Positions 33,843 through 43,604 are shown, counted from the stretch's first letter. The stretch: DNA of 64,000 bases from Patescibacteria group bacterium UBA5738 (GCA_002419295.1 DIFW01000034.1:8098-72097), one strand, 5' to 3'. A program made the numbers and translations. The notes: generated by a model from the sequence alone, not told the origin.

Positions 33843-36652
33843 AACGATATTTGCCGTTGTTTTTGTTTTTGCCCGTTGCGGTATTCTTGTTTGCCAACAC
33901 TTTGGCGCAAGAATTGCCCGAAATCGTTATCAATGACGCCGACGCGACCACCACGATTGACTTGTTTGCTCCGCCTGCGGATTTTTTTGATGCCGGCGAC
34001 GCGGGCTTTCGCTTGCTCAACGAGGTAGCGATTTGCCGCGCGGACGAGATGTCAACGATTGATTTAGCCGCGCCCGCGGATGATTTTTTTGATACATCCG
34101 AGGCGGATTTTCGCTTGCCCGATGAGGCGTCAATCTGCCGCGCCGACCAAAGAGCGACGATTGATCTTGTCGTGCCGCCCGAGGAATTTTTTAATCCCGC
34201 GCCGGAATTTACCGACAAATTTGTCTATGTGGCGCTGGGGGATTCCTATCAATCCGGCGAAGGCGCGGGCAATTCCATTGAAGATTCAACCCGATATCTA
34301 AACGAAGCGTACGAACAAGGCACCTATACCGACACATTGATTGCCGGCAATGACTCTTGCCATCGCGCCTTGCAAAATTATGCCAAGATCAATAAAAACA
34401 AATTCCATCCCGAATTGAACGACGAAGATATTGTTTTGATCGATCTTACTTGCAGCGGCGCAAAGATTGAAAACGGACAACGCCCGCCGGTAGCGGGCGA
34501 TATGGCGAGCGGTCAAATCGCGCCCGATTCGCAACTCCAACAAGCATTGAACAAACTGAATGATGCCGGCCTGACTCCCGCCGATGTGGATTTGGTCACC
34601 GTCGGCATGGGCGGCAACGACGCCAAATTCGCGGATTTGGTTTATGCTTGCGTCTTGCCGGGTATTTTGCGCCGGGCGTTGCAGGAATATCCTGGCGCGC
34701 CGGCGGAGATTGAGTTTTTGGCCGATCAATTTGCAACTTGTGAAAATTTTGATCGATTTTTTGTTAACAGTAAAGATGCTATCAATGGACTTTATTCCAA
34801 GGAAATCTGGGCGCAAAATAAAATTTTGCAAACTTTTGCCAATGCCCGTATTTTGCAATTAAACTATCCCAATATCTTGCCGGAAAAATCAAAATCGCCG
34901 GCATGGTGTAGCGGTATTTGCAAGGAGGATATCAATTACGCGCGCAAAAAAATAAAAGACATTAATAAAAAAATTGCCGATGCGTTTAATGATCGCGCCG
35001 GTGCCGATCCGCGTTTTGAATTTGTTGATGTGGAAAGTTCTTTGGGCGACAACGCTCTTTGTCCGGCAAACGAGGACAACGCGCTTGCCAATAACATTAA
35101 AGAAGCCAACCTCAACGCCGAGATTCGCCGCCTGCTCAATCTTGACGGCAACGGCGACGCGCAATCGCGCGCGCTGATTGATGATTTGGTCTCTGCCTAT
35201 GGTAATTGGAAAAAATGTTCCGCTAAACATTTGGCATATATTGCCGCGCCGATTTCAACGCATTTGTTTCTTCAAGATTGCGATACGAGAGAAGCGTGGG
35301 GAGATGTTGAAGGCAAGTTTGATTTAATTGTTGATTATTTGTTGAGACAAAAATTAAATTCTGATATTTTACCAAATCTTATCGCTCCAGTAGAAAGTGG
35401 CGAAAGTAATGAAATTAACTTCGATAAATCACAAGGATTATTCCATCCCAATGTCAAAGGCCACGCGATTGCCGCTTGCAATGTTTTGTCTGCCTACAAC
35501 AAAACTTCGCCCGCGCAGTGTTTGCCCGCGCCCGCGCCGCCTTTTGTTTGTTCGGCCAACGGCAATTCCGCGGGCAACATCCCTTTTGCCGTGATACCGG
35601 ACGATCAAATCCGCATTGAGGCCGGCGGGTTTGGCTTTAACGAGCCGGTGGTGATTTTGCTCCATTCAACGCAAATCAAGATAGCCGAGGCGATTGCCGA
35701 TGAAAACGGCCGTATTGATATAAATGTTAATTTGCCATTGATTGATCCGGGAGTGCATACGATTGAATTAAAGGGCAACGCCGCGTCGGGAGCGGCGATC
35801 AGCCAAGAAATTCGTATTGATTATCCCGGAAATCCAGCCGGCAATGGCGGCTATTCGGTCTATTTGCCCGGGTTTAATCCAAGCACCGGCGATAACGAAG
35901 AATCAGAAAAAATATTTATCAATTACGCGGACCAAACTTTCGGCCCCTATGTTCCCGATGAAAACGGCGGCGTATTGGTTCAAGTACCTCTGCTGGACCA
36001 AGCCGGCGCGGTGAAAATTGAAGCGCGAAGCGAAATTACCGGCGTAATTGTTGAAGAAATTGTTGATGTCGCCGATAAAACACCGCCGGAAATTTTTGTC
36101 ATTTCTCCCAAAAAAGATCAAGATTACATCAATAATCAAATTCTGCCGCTTGATTATCGCGTTGTCGACAATCAATCCGCGGATATCGCTTTTAAAACAC
36201 AAATTCAATTAGACGGAAAAATTATGTCGCAAAACTCCATTGATTTGTCGTTGCAAAAAACCGGTAATCATCAGCTTGAAATAGTTGCCGAAGACGAAGC
36301 CGGCAATATCGGGCGCGTTGATTTGGATTTTGCCAGCTCGGCGAATATTAATTCAATCATTGCCAACATTGGCCATTATTATAGTCTTAAAATGATCAAG
36401 CTTTTATCAACGCGCGATATTTTATTGGCATCGGCCAAATCATTGAAGCTCCAATTTGAAGCTTTGGACAAATTAAAGCGGAGATCTTTACCGCCGGCGG
36501 TAAAAAATTATCTAATAAGGCTGGCGCAAAAATCCATTAACCGCCAGATTGACGCGATGGCTATTTTAATTGAAAAATTGCCGGCAAAATCAATTGATTC
36601 GCGCGCCAAAGAACTTTTGGCCGACAGCTTGCGGTATATTAAAATCAAATAA
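33839..36652 (+). CDS. Large secreted SGNH/GDSL-hydrolase-domain protein with N-terminal repeats and Ig-like C-terminal region
   Basis: Signal peptide, YVALGDSYQSGEGAG (block I) and VGMGGNDA (block II); 937 aa. The start overlaps the murC stop (ATGA). Confidence 0.75.
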   Translation: MKRYLPLFLFLPVAVFLFANTLAQELPEIVINDADATTTIDLFAPPADFFDAGDAGFRLLNEVAICRADEMSTIDLAAPADDFFDTSEADFRLPDEASICRADQRATIDLVVPPEEFFNPAPEFTDKFVYVALGDSYQSGEGAGNSIEDSTRYLNEAYEQGTYTDTLIAGNDSCHRALQNYAKINKNKFHPELNDEDIVLIDLTCSGAKIENGQRPPVAGDMASGQIAPDSQLQQALNKLNDAGLTPADVDLVTVGMGGNDAKFADLVYACVLPGILRRALQEYPGAPAEIEFLADQFATCENFDRFFVNSKDAINGLYSKEIWAQNKILQTFANARILQLNYPNILPEKSKSPAWCSGICKEDINYARKKIKDINKKIADAFNDRAGADPRFEFVDVESSLGDNALCPANEDNALANNIKEANLNAEIRRLLNLDGNGDAQSRALIDDLVSAYGNWKKCSAKHLAYIAAPISTHLFLQDCDTREAWGDVEGKFDLIVDYLLRQKLNSDILPNLIAPVESGESNEINFDKSQGLFHPNVKGHAIAACNVLSAYNKTSPAQCLPAPAPPFVCSANGNSAGNIPFAVIPDDQIRIEAGGFGFNEPVVILLHSTQIKIAEAIADENGRIDINVNLPLIDPGVHTIELKGNAASGAAISQEIRIDYPGNPAGNGGYSVYLPGFNPSTGDNEESEKIFINYADQTFGPYVPDENGGVLVQVPLLDQAGAVKIEARSEITGVIVEEIVDVADKTPPEIFVISPKKDQDYINNQILPLDYRVVDNQSADIAFKTQIQLDGKIMSQNSIDLSLQKTGNHQLEIVAEDEAGNIGRVDLDFASSANINSIIANIGHYYSLKMIKLLSTRDILLASAKSLKLQFEALDKLKRRSLPPAVKNYLIRLAQKSINRQIDAMAILIEKLPAKSIDSRAKELLADSLRYIKIK
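33953..34198 (+). repeat. 2.4 tandem copies of a 102-nt (34-aa) coding repeat
   Basis: ACGATTGA recurs at 33953, 34055 and 34157. The peptide unit is TIDL.AP.D.FFD...A.FRL..E..ICRAD. Confidence 0.85.
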
Positions 36653-36664
36653 ATTAAAAACAGA

Positions 36665-37180
36665 ATGGCCAAAAAAAATAAAATTATTATCATTATTGTT
36701 TCGATCCTGTCGGCGGTTGGTTTTTTGTGGTATTTTTTTGCCGATGATTTGTTTCTCTTTATTCTGTCGCGAACCGTTCCGCCTGCTGAGCCGATGCCAA
36801 AAGAGCAGTTGATGCCTTGCGGCGGCAATCCGGCCAGCTTTGTGGAGCTGGGTTCGCCGTATTTGACTAATCCTGTCGCCGAATTTACCACTGCCGGCGG
36901 CGAGATCTATATTGTTGCGCGAAGGTATGAGCACGGCATTTTATTGCCAGAGAGAGGTGGCTCTGGTGTTTATATTGGTTTTTTAAATCAATTACCGGTC
37001 TGGAATAAGCAGACAAGTAAAATAGCTAATGCTTATAAAGAAATTATAATCAAAGAAAAAGATTACGGCACGCTAATTTTGCCGGCGGGGAGGTATTGGC
37101 TTTGGTCAAGTTCCGGCGGGGATGTTGTGATTTATAGTTGTGAGGAGGGCGGGGTGAGCGACCCCAAACCGGTGCGGTAG
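36665..37180 (+). CDS. Membrane-anchored protein, paralog A (unknown family)
   Basis: N-terminal TM; the shared core is GSPY....VAEFTT.G...YI.ARR and the identical C-terminus is LPAGRYWLWSSSGGDVVIYSCEEGGVSDPKPV. Confidence 0.6.
   Translation: MAKKNKIIIIIVSILSAVGFLWYFFADDLFLFILSRTVPPAEPMPKEQLMPCGGNPASFVELGSPYLTNPVAEFTTAGGEIYIVARRYEHGILLPERGGSGVYIGFLNQLPVWNKQTSKIANAYKEIIIKEKDYGTLILPAGRYWLWSSSGGDVVIYSCEEGGVSDPKPVR
37079..37173 (+). repeat. 95-nt near-identical direct repeat, copy A (3' end of paralog A)
   Basis: 94/95 identical to 37645-37739, counted by eye. Confidence 0.85.
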
Positions 37181-37230
37181 TTTCACAGAGGATTTACGGA
37201 GGGTTAGACCCTCTGAATTGTTTGGAAAAT

Positions 37231-37749
37231 ATGAACAAAAAAATTAAAAGAATTCTGATTGTCGTCGGGATTGCGGTTGCGGTGATAACGATCGGCGCGG
37301 CAATCGTGGGGCTGATGGCGCTTAACCAGTTAAAGCAAATAATAACTACGCCATCAACACCGTTAGGATTAGAGGCCTTGCCTTGCGAGCCAAAGAGCCA
37401 AGTTGAGTTAGGATCGCCGTATCAAATGAATGGTCAAGTTGCTGAATTTACTACTAGCGGAGATAAATTATATATTACCGCAAGGAGATTCCCGCACAGC
37501 GGGTTTTCGGGATCATCGCCTGGCTCTACAGCTATTTTTATGGGTGATAGTTCCGCTTTGCCTGAATATGATTCGCAAAGAGATACTACTACCAATACGG
37601 TAAAAACCATCAGCCTTTCCGAAACAAAATATGCTGAATTTGAGTTGCCGGCGGGGAGGTATTGGCTTTGGTCAAGTTCCGGCGGGGATGTTGTGATTTA
37701 TAGTTGTGAGGAGGGCGGGGTGAGCGACCCCAAGCCGGTTTGGCGGTAG
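37231..37749 (+). CDS. Membrane-anchored protein, paralog B (unknown family)
   Basis: Same architecture as 36665-37180. ATG 37231 is preferred over TTG 37222. Confidence 0.6.
   Translation: MNKKIKRILIVVGIAVAVITIGAAIVGLMALNQLKQIITTPSTPLGLEALPCEPKSQVELGSPYQMNGQVAEFTTSGDKLYITARRFPHSGFSGSSPGSTAIFMGDSSALPEYDSQRDTTTNTVKTISLSETKYAEFELPAGRYWLWSSSGGDVVIYSCEEGGVSDPKPVWR
37645..37739 (+). repeat. 95-nt near-identical direct repeat, copy B
   Basis: See 37079-37173. Confidence 0.85.
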
Positions 37750-37765
37750 GGAGGCGGGGCGGGTT

Positions 37766-37801
37766 GTAGCGATATCAAGTATCGATACTTGATACCGCTA
37801 C
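37766..37801. repeat. 36-bp near-perfect palindrome centred on ATCGAT
   Basis: GTAGCGATATCAAGTATC/GATACTTGATACCGCTAC, 17 of 18 positions complementary, followed by AAAAA. Confidence 0.8.
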
Positions 37802-37914
37802 AAAAATCTGGCGGGGAAAGATATTTTTTTGTGGGATGCTCCGCCCGAAAGGTGGCAGAGATTTTGGAGAAAAATTAAGAAGGACAAATGGGGAGAATGT
37901 TTTTGTTGGTTGGT

Positions 37915-37943
37915 TTGCGGCGGTGAAAATTTGGGGGTATAAT
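37915..37943 (+). promoter_or_regulatory. Strong promoter candidate
   Basis: TTGCGG (37915-37920), 17-nt spacer, TATAAT (37938-37943). Confidence 0.5.
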
Positions 37944-37966
37944 GAGATTATGAGATTATATCTTTT

Positions 37967-38080
37967 ATGAACAATATCATTGATTTTATTCTAATCGTCG
38001 GCTTTTTCGCGATTTTGATATGGGCGCTTCTTGAGTATTTGCCCATAATCCGCGAAATCGTCGGTGTATTAGTCCCTTAA
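37967..38080 (+). CDS. 37-aa hydrophobic micro-protein (below the ORF-track cutoff)
   Basis: MNNIIDFILIVGFFAILIWALLEYLPIIREIVGVLVP has one TM helix. It starts 24 nt after a consensus -10 box. Confidence 0.35.
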   Translation: MNNIIDFILIVGFFAILIWALLEYLPIIREIVGVLVP

Positions 38081-38095
38081 TAAGTAAAAAAAATA

Positions 38096-38566
38096 ATGGA
38101 AAATAATTATTTATCAAAAAAAATAAATACCAAAATCGGGCGTGATGATAAAGGGCTTTATTTTGACTACCCAACATTAATAACATTTGGAGAACTGACA
38201 GTTGAAGGATCCGTTGGACATGATCATTATGCAAAATTGTTTGGTAAGGCGAGGGAATTGTTTGGAATAGAATGTATCCCTGGTTTTATTAATGATATCG
38301 GTAAAAAATATTTTCTTTTCACTTGCCACGCAGATTATTCTTTTTCTGAAAATATTTTTTTTGCAGATACCGTGATTGTTAGAGTGCGATTATCCAAAAT
38401 TGGCAATTCTTCTTTCACATTGAGCGGAGAGTTTATAAATCAGAAGAATAAGGTTTGCGCAACCGCGAATCATGTTATTGTTTATGTCGATGTTGCGACT
38501 CGCCAAAAAGGGATGCCGGATTGGTTTGTGAAAAATATGGAGGCGGCGATTGGCAAGGTTAATTGA
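38096..38566 (+). CDS. Hotdog-fold acyl-CoA thioesterase-like protein (4HBT/YbgC-like)
   Basis: 156 aa with a pattern typical of 4HBT thioesterases (early HDHYAKLF, later GDxV-like TVIVRVRLSKIGNSSF). The call is tentative. Confidence 0.45.
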   Translation: MENNYLSKKINTKIGRDDKGLYFDYPTLITFGELTVEGSVGHDHYAKLFGKARELFGIECIPGFINDIGKKYFLFTCHADYSFSENIFFADTVIVRVRLSKIGNSSFTLSGEFINQKNKVCATANHVIVYVDVATRQKGMPDWFVKNMEAAIGKVN

Positions 38567-38579
38567 TTCCAATCTGTTT

Positions 38580-40220
38580 ATGGTGGAAATAAATTTTAAT
38601 TTTTATTCGTTGCCGCCGTTGATAAGCTCGGTGTTGTTTTTAATTTTGGGGGCATATGTTCTTTTTAATAATCCGAAATTAAAACTCAACATATTTTTTG
38701 GTTTGATTTGCTTGGCAACTTTTTGGTGGCAGTTTGCGTGGTTTCTTTTGTTTAATACCCAAGAAATGAGTTGGGCGCTTACCTTAATTAAATCGGGGTA
38801 TATCGGGATTTTATTGATTCCGGTTTTTTTCTTTCATTTTTTTATAATATTTTTAAAATCAGAAAATTTCATTGATAAATTTTTACTTTTCATTTCATAT
38901 GCTGCGACTGTTTTTTTTGAAGTTATTCTTTTGAACACGAATTTTTTAATAAACGGTTTTTATGAATTTTTTTGGGGATTTTATCCCAGGGCTGGAATTA
39001 TCCATCCGCTGTATTTATTATTGCTTGCGATATTAACATTACGGGCAATTTTTCTTTTCTTAATTAATTTTAAAAAAGATTTTAGCGGATCAATTAATTA
39101 TTTTCAAAAAAAATATCTATTGATAGGATTTATTTTCTATTTTTTTTCTGCCTCTGATTTTTTAGTTAATTACGGTATTGAATTTTATCCGTTTGGATTT
39201 ATTTTTATTATATTTTTTCTTGCGGTTACGGCTTATGCCATTACAAGATACCATTTATTCAGAGCAGAGGTTGTGTTGACTGAATTTTTGACCGGCATTA
39301 TGGGTGTTATTCTTTTGGCATTGCCTTTCTTTATGCCTTCAATGGTATTAAAGATATTAACTTTATTTGTCTTTTTTCTATTTTCTTTTTTTGGATATTA
39401 TCTTGTCAAATCGGCCAAATCGGAGAGTCGGCGGAGGGAGGATGCCGAGACGATTGCGTCGCGAGAGAGGATTTTGCGGCGGGAGGCGGAGATTTTGGCG
39501 GCGGATTTGAAGCGGCTGGATACCGCCAAGACGCAGTTTTTGCTTTCCACTCAGCATCATTTGCGCAGTCCTCTTTCGGTGATTCAGGGATATTTAAGCA
39601 TGATCGGCGAAGGAAGCTATGGCAAAATACCGAAAAAGGCCAAAGAAAAGATTGATGCTTCTTTGGAGGCCGACCGAAAATTGATTCATCTGGTTGACGA
39701 ACTTCTCGATGTGGCGCATTTTCAAATGAATAAGGGTGCGGCGGCAAAGGAGCCGGTGAATGTGGTGGATTTGATCGCCGGCGCAATTGATGATTTAAAA
39801 ACGGCGGCGGCGGCCAAAGAATTATATCTCAATTTCAAAAAACCGTCGGTGCCGATTCCCTTGGTTTTGCTTAACGCGCGCGGTATTCGGGAAGCGATTT
39901 ACAACATCGTTGACAATGCGATTAAATACACACAAACCGGCGGCATTGCTGTGTCAATGTCGGTTGTTGGCGATCAATTGCGCATTTCCGTCAAAGATAC
40001 AGGCATCGGAATTGACGAAAAAGATTTGCAGGGTTTGTTCGGGCGTATTTTTGAAAGGGGGGAAAAAGCTAAAAGCGTGAATATTGACGGCAAGGGGATC
40101 GGGCTTTACCTTTCGGCGCAGATCATTATCAATAATGGCGGGAATATCCGCGTTGAATCAAAAGGATTGGGCGAGGGAAGCGAATTTATCATTGATTTGC
40201 CGATGCAAACCGAAGGATGA
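38580..40220 (+). CDS. Sensor histidine kinase with polytopic N-terminal membrane domain
   Basis: About 8 TM helices, H-box HHLRSPLSVIQGY, N NIVDNAIKYT, G1 DTGIGI, G2 GKGIGL. ATG 38580 is preferred. Confidence 0.85.
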   Translation: MVEINFNFYSLPPLISSVLFLILGAYVLFNNPKLKLNIFFGLICLATFWWQFAWFLLFNTQEMSWALTLIKSGYIGILLIPVFFFHFFIIFLKSENFIDKFLLFISYAATVFFEVILLNTNFLINGFYEFFWGFYPRAGIIHPLYLLLLAILTLRAIFLFLINFKKDFSGSINYFQKKYLLIGFIFYFFSASDFLVNYGIEFYPFGFIFIIFFLAVTAYAITRYHLFRAEVVLTEFLTGIMGVILLALPFFMPSMVLKILTLFVFFLFSFFGYYLVKSAKSESRRREDAETIASRERILRREAEILAADLKRLDTAKTQFLLSTQHHLRSPLSVIQGYLSMIGEGSYGKIPKKAKEKIDASLEADRKLIHLVDELLDVAHFQMNKGAAAKEPVNVVDLIAGAIDDLKTAAAAKELYLNFKKPSVPIPLVLLNARGIREAIYNIVDNAIKYTQTGGIAVSMSVVGDQLRISVKDTGIGIDEKDLQGLFGRIFERGEKAKSVNIDGKGIGLYLSAQIIINNGGNIRVESKGLGEGSEFIIDLPMQTEG

Positions 40221-40281
40221 GGCCTTGTTTTTTGCCGTTTGCGTGCTAATTTAGGGACATCATTTATTTTTTATCAATACC

Positions 40282-42450
40282 ATGAAAACTTTATCCAGCC
40301 GCTACGATCCCAATGGAAGTGAAAGCAAAATCTATCAAAATTGGGAAAAGAAAGGTTATTTTAATCCGGACAAAATTAAAGCAAGGTCAAAAAAGATTTT
40401 TTCAATGGTTTTGCCTCCGCCCAATGTTACCGGCACTTTGCATATGGGGCATGCGTTAAATATCACTATTCAGGACGCGCTGGTGCGCTATCATCGGATG
40501 AAGGGAGACGCCGCGATTTGGATTCCGGGCAGTGATCATGCGGGGATCGGTCTACAAAGCACTCTGGAAAAAAAACTCAAAAAAGACGGTATCAGCCGCT
40601 TTGATTTGGGGCGCGACAAATTTCTTCAAAAAGCTTGGGAGTGGAAAAAACTCTATGGTGATATCATTCTCAACCAGATCCGTGCCATGGGTGCGTCTTG
40701 CGATTGGTCGCGGAAAAAATTCACCATGGACGAAGATTATGTCAATGCGGTTGAGACAGCTTTCATTCACTATCATAAGCAGGGATGGGTTTACCGGGGC
40801 CAGCGGGTGGTGAATTGGTGTCCGCGTTGCGGCACTTCGATTTCAGATCTGGAGACCGACTATGTTGCCGAAGATTCAAAACTTTGGCATTTGAAATATC
40901 CCATTCAAGATGAACCCGGCAGATATGTTGTCGTGGCGACAACTCGCCCGGAAACAATGCTGGGCGATACCGCGGTGGCGGTAAATCCAAAAGATGGTCG
41001 CTATAAAAACTTAATTGGCAGGAACGCGATCTTGCCGATTTTGGAGCGCGCGGTTCCGATTATCGCCGATGACAGCATTGATATTGGTTTTGGCACCGGG
41101 GCGGTGAAAATTACTCCGGCGCACGATTTGAACGATTGGCAGATCGGGCAAAAGCATAAATTGCCGCTGATCTCCGTGATTGATGAACGAGGCAAGATAA
41201 ACGATAATGCGCCGGAGGTCTATCGCGGGATGAAAGCTATTGAAGCGCGGCAAAAGATAGTTGATGACTTGGAAAAAATCGGTTTAGTGGCCAAAATTGA
41301 AGATTACGAGCACCAAGCGCCCAAATGTTCCCGTTGTTCGGCGGCGATACAATTGATCCCGTCAATGCAATGGTTTGTAAAAATGGATGAATTGGCTAAA
41401 AAAGCCTTGCAGGCCGGAAAAGCGGGAAAGGTCAAATTTCATCCCAAGCGCTGGGAGCAGGTATATTATGCATGGCTCAAAGAGCCGCGCGATTGGTGCG
41501 TGTCGCGCCAATTGTGGTGGGGACAACGCCTGCCGGTGTGGTTCTGTCAAAATGATCCGGAAAGGTATTTTATTGCGGTAGAGGAACCTAAAAAATGTGA
41601 AATTTGCGGAAAATGCCAGCCCCAACGCTCCGCGGATGTTTTTGATACTTGGTTTTCTTCGGTATTGTGGCCGCTGGCGGTTTTTGGGTGGCCCAAAATT
41701 ACCAAAGATCTCAAAAAATTCTATCCTACCGCGGTTTTAACCACCGGCCGCGATATTATCAATCTTTGGGTGGCGCGGATGGTGTTTTCGGGAATGGAGT
41801 TTATGGGAAAAGCGCCGTTTGCGCAGGTGGTTATTAACGCGATGGTTTTAACCAAAGACGGCAAAAGAATGTCAAAATCACTGGGCACCGGTATTGACCC
41901 CATGATGTTGATTGAAAAATACGGCACCGATGCTACGCGGTTTGGATTGGCATGGCAGGTGAGCGAATCGCAGGACCTGCATTTCAACGAAGACAACATG
42001 ATCGCCGGGCAAAAGTTTTGCAACAAGATATGGAATGCCGCAAGATTTGTTTTAAATCAATCGGAAGGGGAAAAGAATATATATTCGCTGGTCGCAAAAC
42101 CCAAACCAATCACTGTATCAGACAAAAAAATCCTCGCGGCGTTGGCGAAAATTGCCAAATCAACCGAAAAAAATATCAATAAATATGCTATCGGCGCGGC
42201 GATTCGCGATCTTTACGACTTTTTCTGGCATGAATTTTGCGATGCTTACATTGAAGCCGCCAAAAATCAAATCCGCGCGGCAAAAAACAAAACCCAAGTC
42301 CAAAACACTCAAAAAATTTTGATTTATGTTTTGGCAAATTCCCTCAAGCTCCTGCATCCTTTTATGCCGTTTATCACCGAAGAGCTTTGGCAATCAATGC
42401 CGCTGAAAAACAAAAAAGACCTCATCGTTGAATCTTGGCCCAAACTCTAA
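40282..42450 (+). CDS. valS: Valine--tRNA ligase (short form, 722 aa)
   Basis: PPPNVTGTLHMGHA (HIGH), RMSKSLG (KMSKS), CP1 editing insert. Confidence 0.93.
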   Translation: MKTLSSRYDPNGSESKIYQNWEKKGYFNPDKIKARSKKIFSMVLPPPNVTGTLHMGHALNITIQDALVRYHRMKGDAAIWIPGSDHAGIGLQSTLEKKLKKDGISRFDLGRDKFLQKAWEWKKLYGDIILNQIRAMGASCDWSRKKFTMDEDYVNAVETAFIHYHKQGWVYRGQRVVNWCPRCGTSISDLETDYVAEDSKLWHLKYPIQDEPGRYVVVATTRPETMLGDTAVAVNPKDGRYKNLIGRNAILPILERAVPIIADDSIDIGFGTGAVKITPAHDLNDWQIGQKHKLPLISVIDERGKINDNAPEVYRGMKAIEARQKIVDDLEKIGLVAKIEDYEHQAPKCSRCSAAIQLIPSMQWFVKMDELAKKALQAGKAGKVKFHPKRWEQVYYAWLKEPRDWCVSRQLWWGQRLPVWFCQNDPERYFIAVEEPKKCEICGKCQPQRSADVFDTWFSSVLWPLAVFGWPKITKDLKKFYPTAVLTTGRDIINLWVARMVFSGMEFMGKAPFAQVVINAMVLTKDGKRMSKSLGTGIDPMMLIEKYGTDATRFGLAWQVSESQDLHFNEDNMIAGQKFCNKIWNAARFVLNQSEGEKNIYSLVAKPKPITVSDKKILAALAKIAKSTEKNINKYAIGAAIRDLYDFFWHEFCDAYIEAAKNQIRAAKNKTQVQNTQKILIYVLANSLKLLHPFMPFITEELWQSMPLKNKKDLIVESWPKL

Positions 42451-42463
42451 AAAAGCGAAAAAT

Positions 42464-43168
42464 ATGTCTTTTGAGAACTTTAAAGAAACCCAAGAAAATG
42501 ATCCGGAATACCAAAAGCGGCTTAAAACATGGGAAGAAAAGGAAAAATATTTTAGCGGGTCGGGAAACGAAGATGACGATGATTTTGATGGCCCTTTTTA
42601 TGAAGAAGAGTCGTGGATAGATAAAAAAATAAAAGAATTGGTGATTGGATTGAACCTTATTGGCGTAGAAACAAATTTTTCTTGCGAGGGGCATCTCAAG
42701 GGCGTTGTTAGATTTCTTTCAAAAGGGCATATTGATGATCATGGGGATGAATATCTTGAAGAAATAGAAAATCCGCCTCTTGAAGGGGCTTGGAGCAATC
42801 CATATGTTGGTTTTATCCTTCAACCCAAGAGAAAAATATTCGCGCGTACCGAAAAGGAGCAACGAAAGTTAAATAGAAAGGAATACATGGCAGTTACCAA
42901 ATTGCAATCACTGATTGATGAATTTTATCAAGAGCAAGACGGTGAATTGCCGGAAATCAAAGTGCGACTTAAAGAGCACGAAAGCAGATATTCCGATTAT
43001 TTAATTACTTGTAGTGACGCAGAAGAGACAGAGAGCATTTCGGGCCCCGATGATCATGATGAATTGGAGCGATTGGCAATTGAAAGATTAAAAAAAGAAC
43101 AGCAAGAAATTTTAAGATTTAGCGAATTTTTAAAGAAAAAATACTTAGAAACCGGATTTCACATATAA
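42464..43168 (+). CDS. Acidic hypothetical protein
   Basis: 234 aa and Asp/Glu-rich; no motif recognised. ATG 42464 is preferred over the start overlapping valS. Confidence 0.5.
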   Translation: MSFENFKETQENDPEYQKRLKTWEEKEKYFSGSGNEDDDDFDGPFYEEESWIDKKIKELVIGLNLIGVETNFSCEGHLKGVVRFLSKGHIDDHGDEYLEEIENPPLEGAWSNPYVGFILQPKRKIFARTEKEQRKLNRKEYMAVTKLQSLIDEFYQEQDGELPEIKVRLKEHESRYSDYLITCSDAEETESISGPDDHDELERLAIERLKKEQQEILRFSEFLKKKYLETGFHI

Positions 43169-43184
43169 AAATCAAATTGGAATT

Positions 43185-43604
43185 ATGAATCAGAAATACC
43201 GCGAATCAATATCAAAAGAAATTGAAGCGGAAAAAATAGACGATTTGCAAGCATCAATCGGATGGCAGAAAAGAGGCAATAAAAAATGGAAAGAAAGCTT
43301 GGCCAAATCGTTCTTTGTTTACAGCGTTTGGGACAACGATAAGCTGATCGGAATGGGTAGAATTCTTGAGGACGGAACAATGTGCATGTTCTATGATATT
43401 ATGGTGCATAAAGATTATCAGGGAAAAGGCATAGGAAAGATGATTGTTAAAAATTTGGTGAATCAAATAAAAAATAAAGACTATCACTCAATAAACCTGT
43501 TTATGGATAATGAATTGCTTGAGCTATTTTATGGAAAATTCGGTTTTGAACCGTTGGGAACAGGCATGCGGTGCAAAAAATATATGAAAAAATATCCAAA
43601 ATAA
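43185..43604 (+). CDS. GNAT-family N-acetyltransferase
   Basis: Acetyl-CoA motif VHKDYQGKGIGKMIVKNL; 139 aa. Confidence 0.8.
   Translation: MNQKYRESISKEIEAEKIDDLQASIGWQKRGNKKWKESLAKSFFVYSVWDNDKLIGMGRILEDGTMCMFYDIMVHKDYQGKGIGKMIVKNLVNQIKNKDYHSINLFMDNELLELFYGKFGFEPLGTGMRCKKYMKKYPK

Noticed and set aside
33754-34858. Minus-strand ORFs of 154 and 186 aa
   Set aside because: They are antisense to the 5' part of the SGNH-hydrolase gene. Their repeats simply mirror the coding repeats on the plus strand.
40221-40281. T-box or other leader upstream of valS (also 47323-47458 for aspS and 56489-56495 for gltX)
   Set aside because: The leaders are far too short for T-box riboswitches, and no specifier or T-box consensus was seen.
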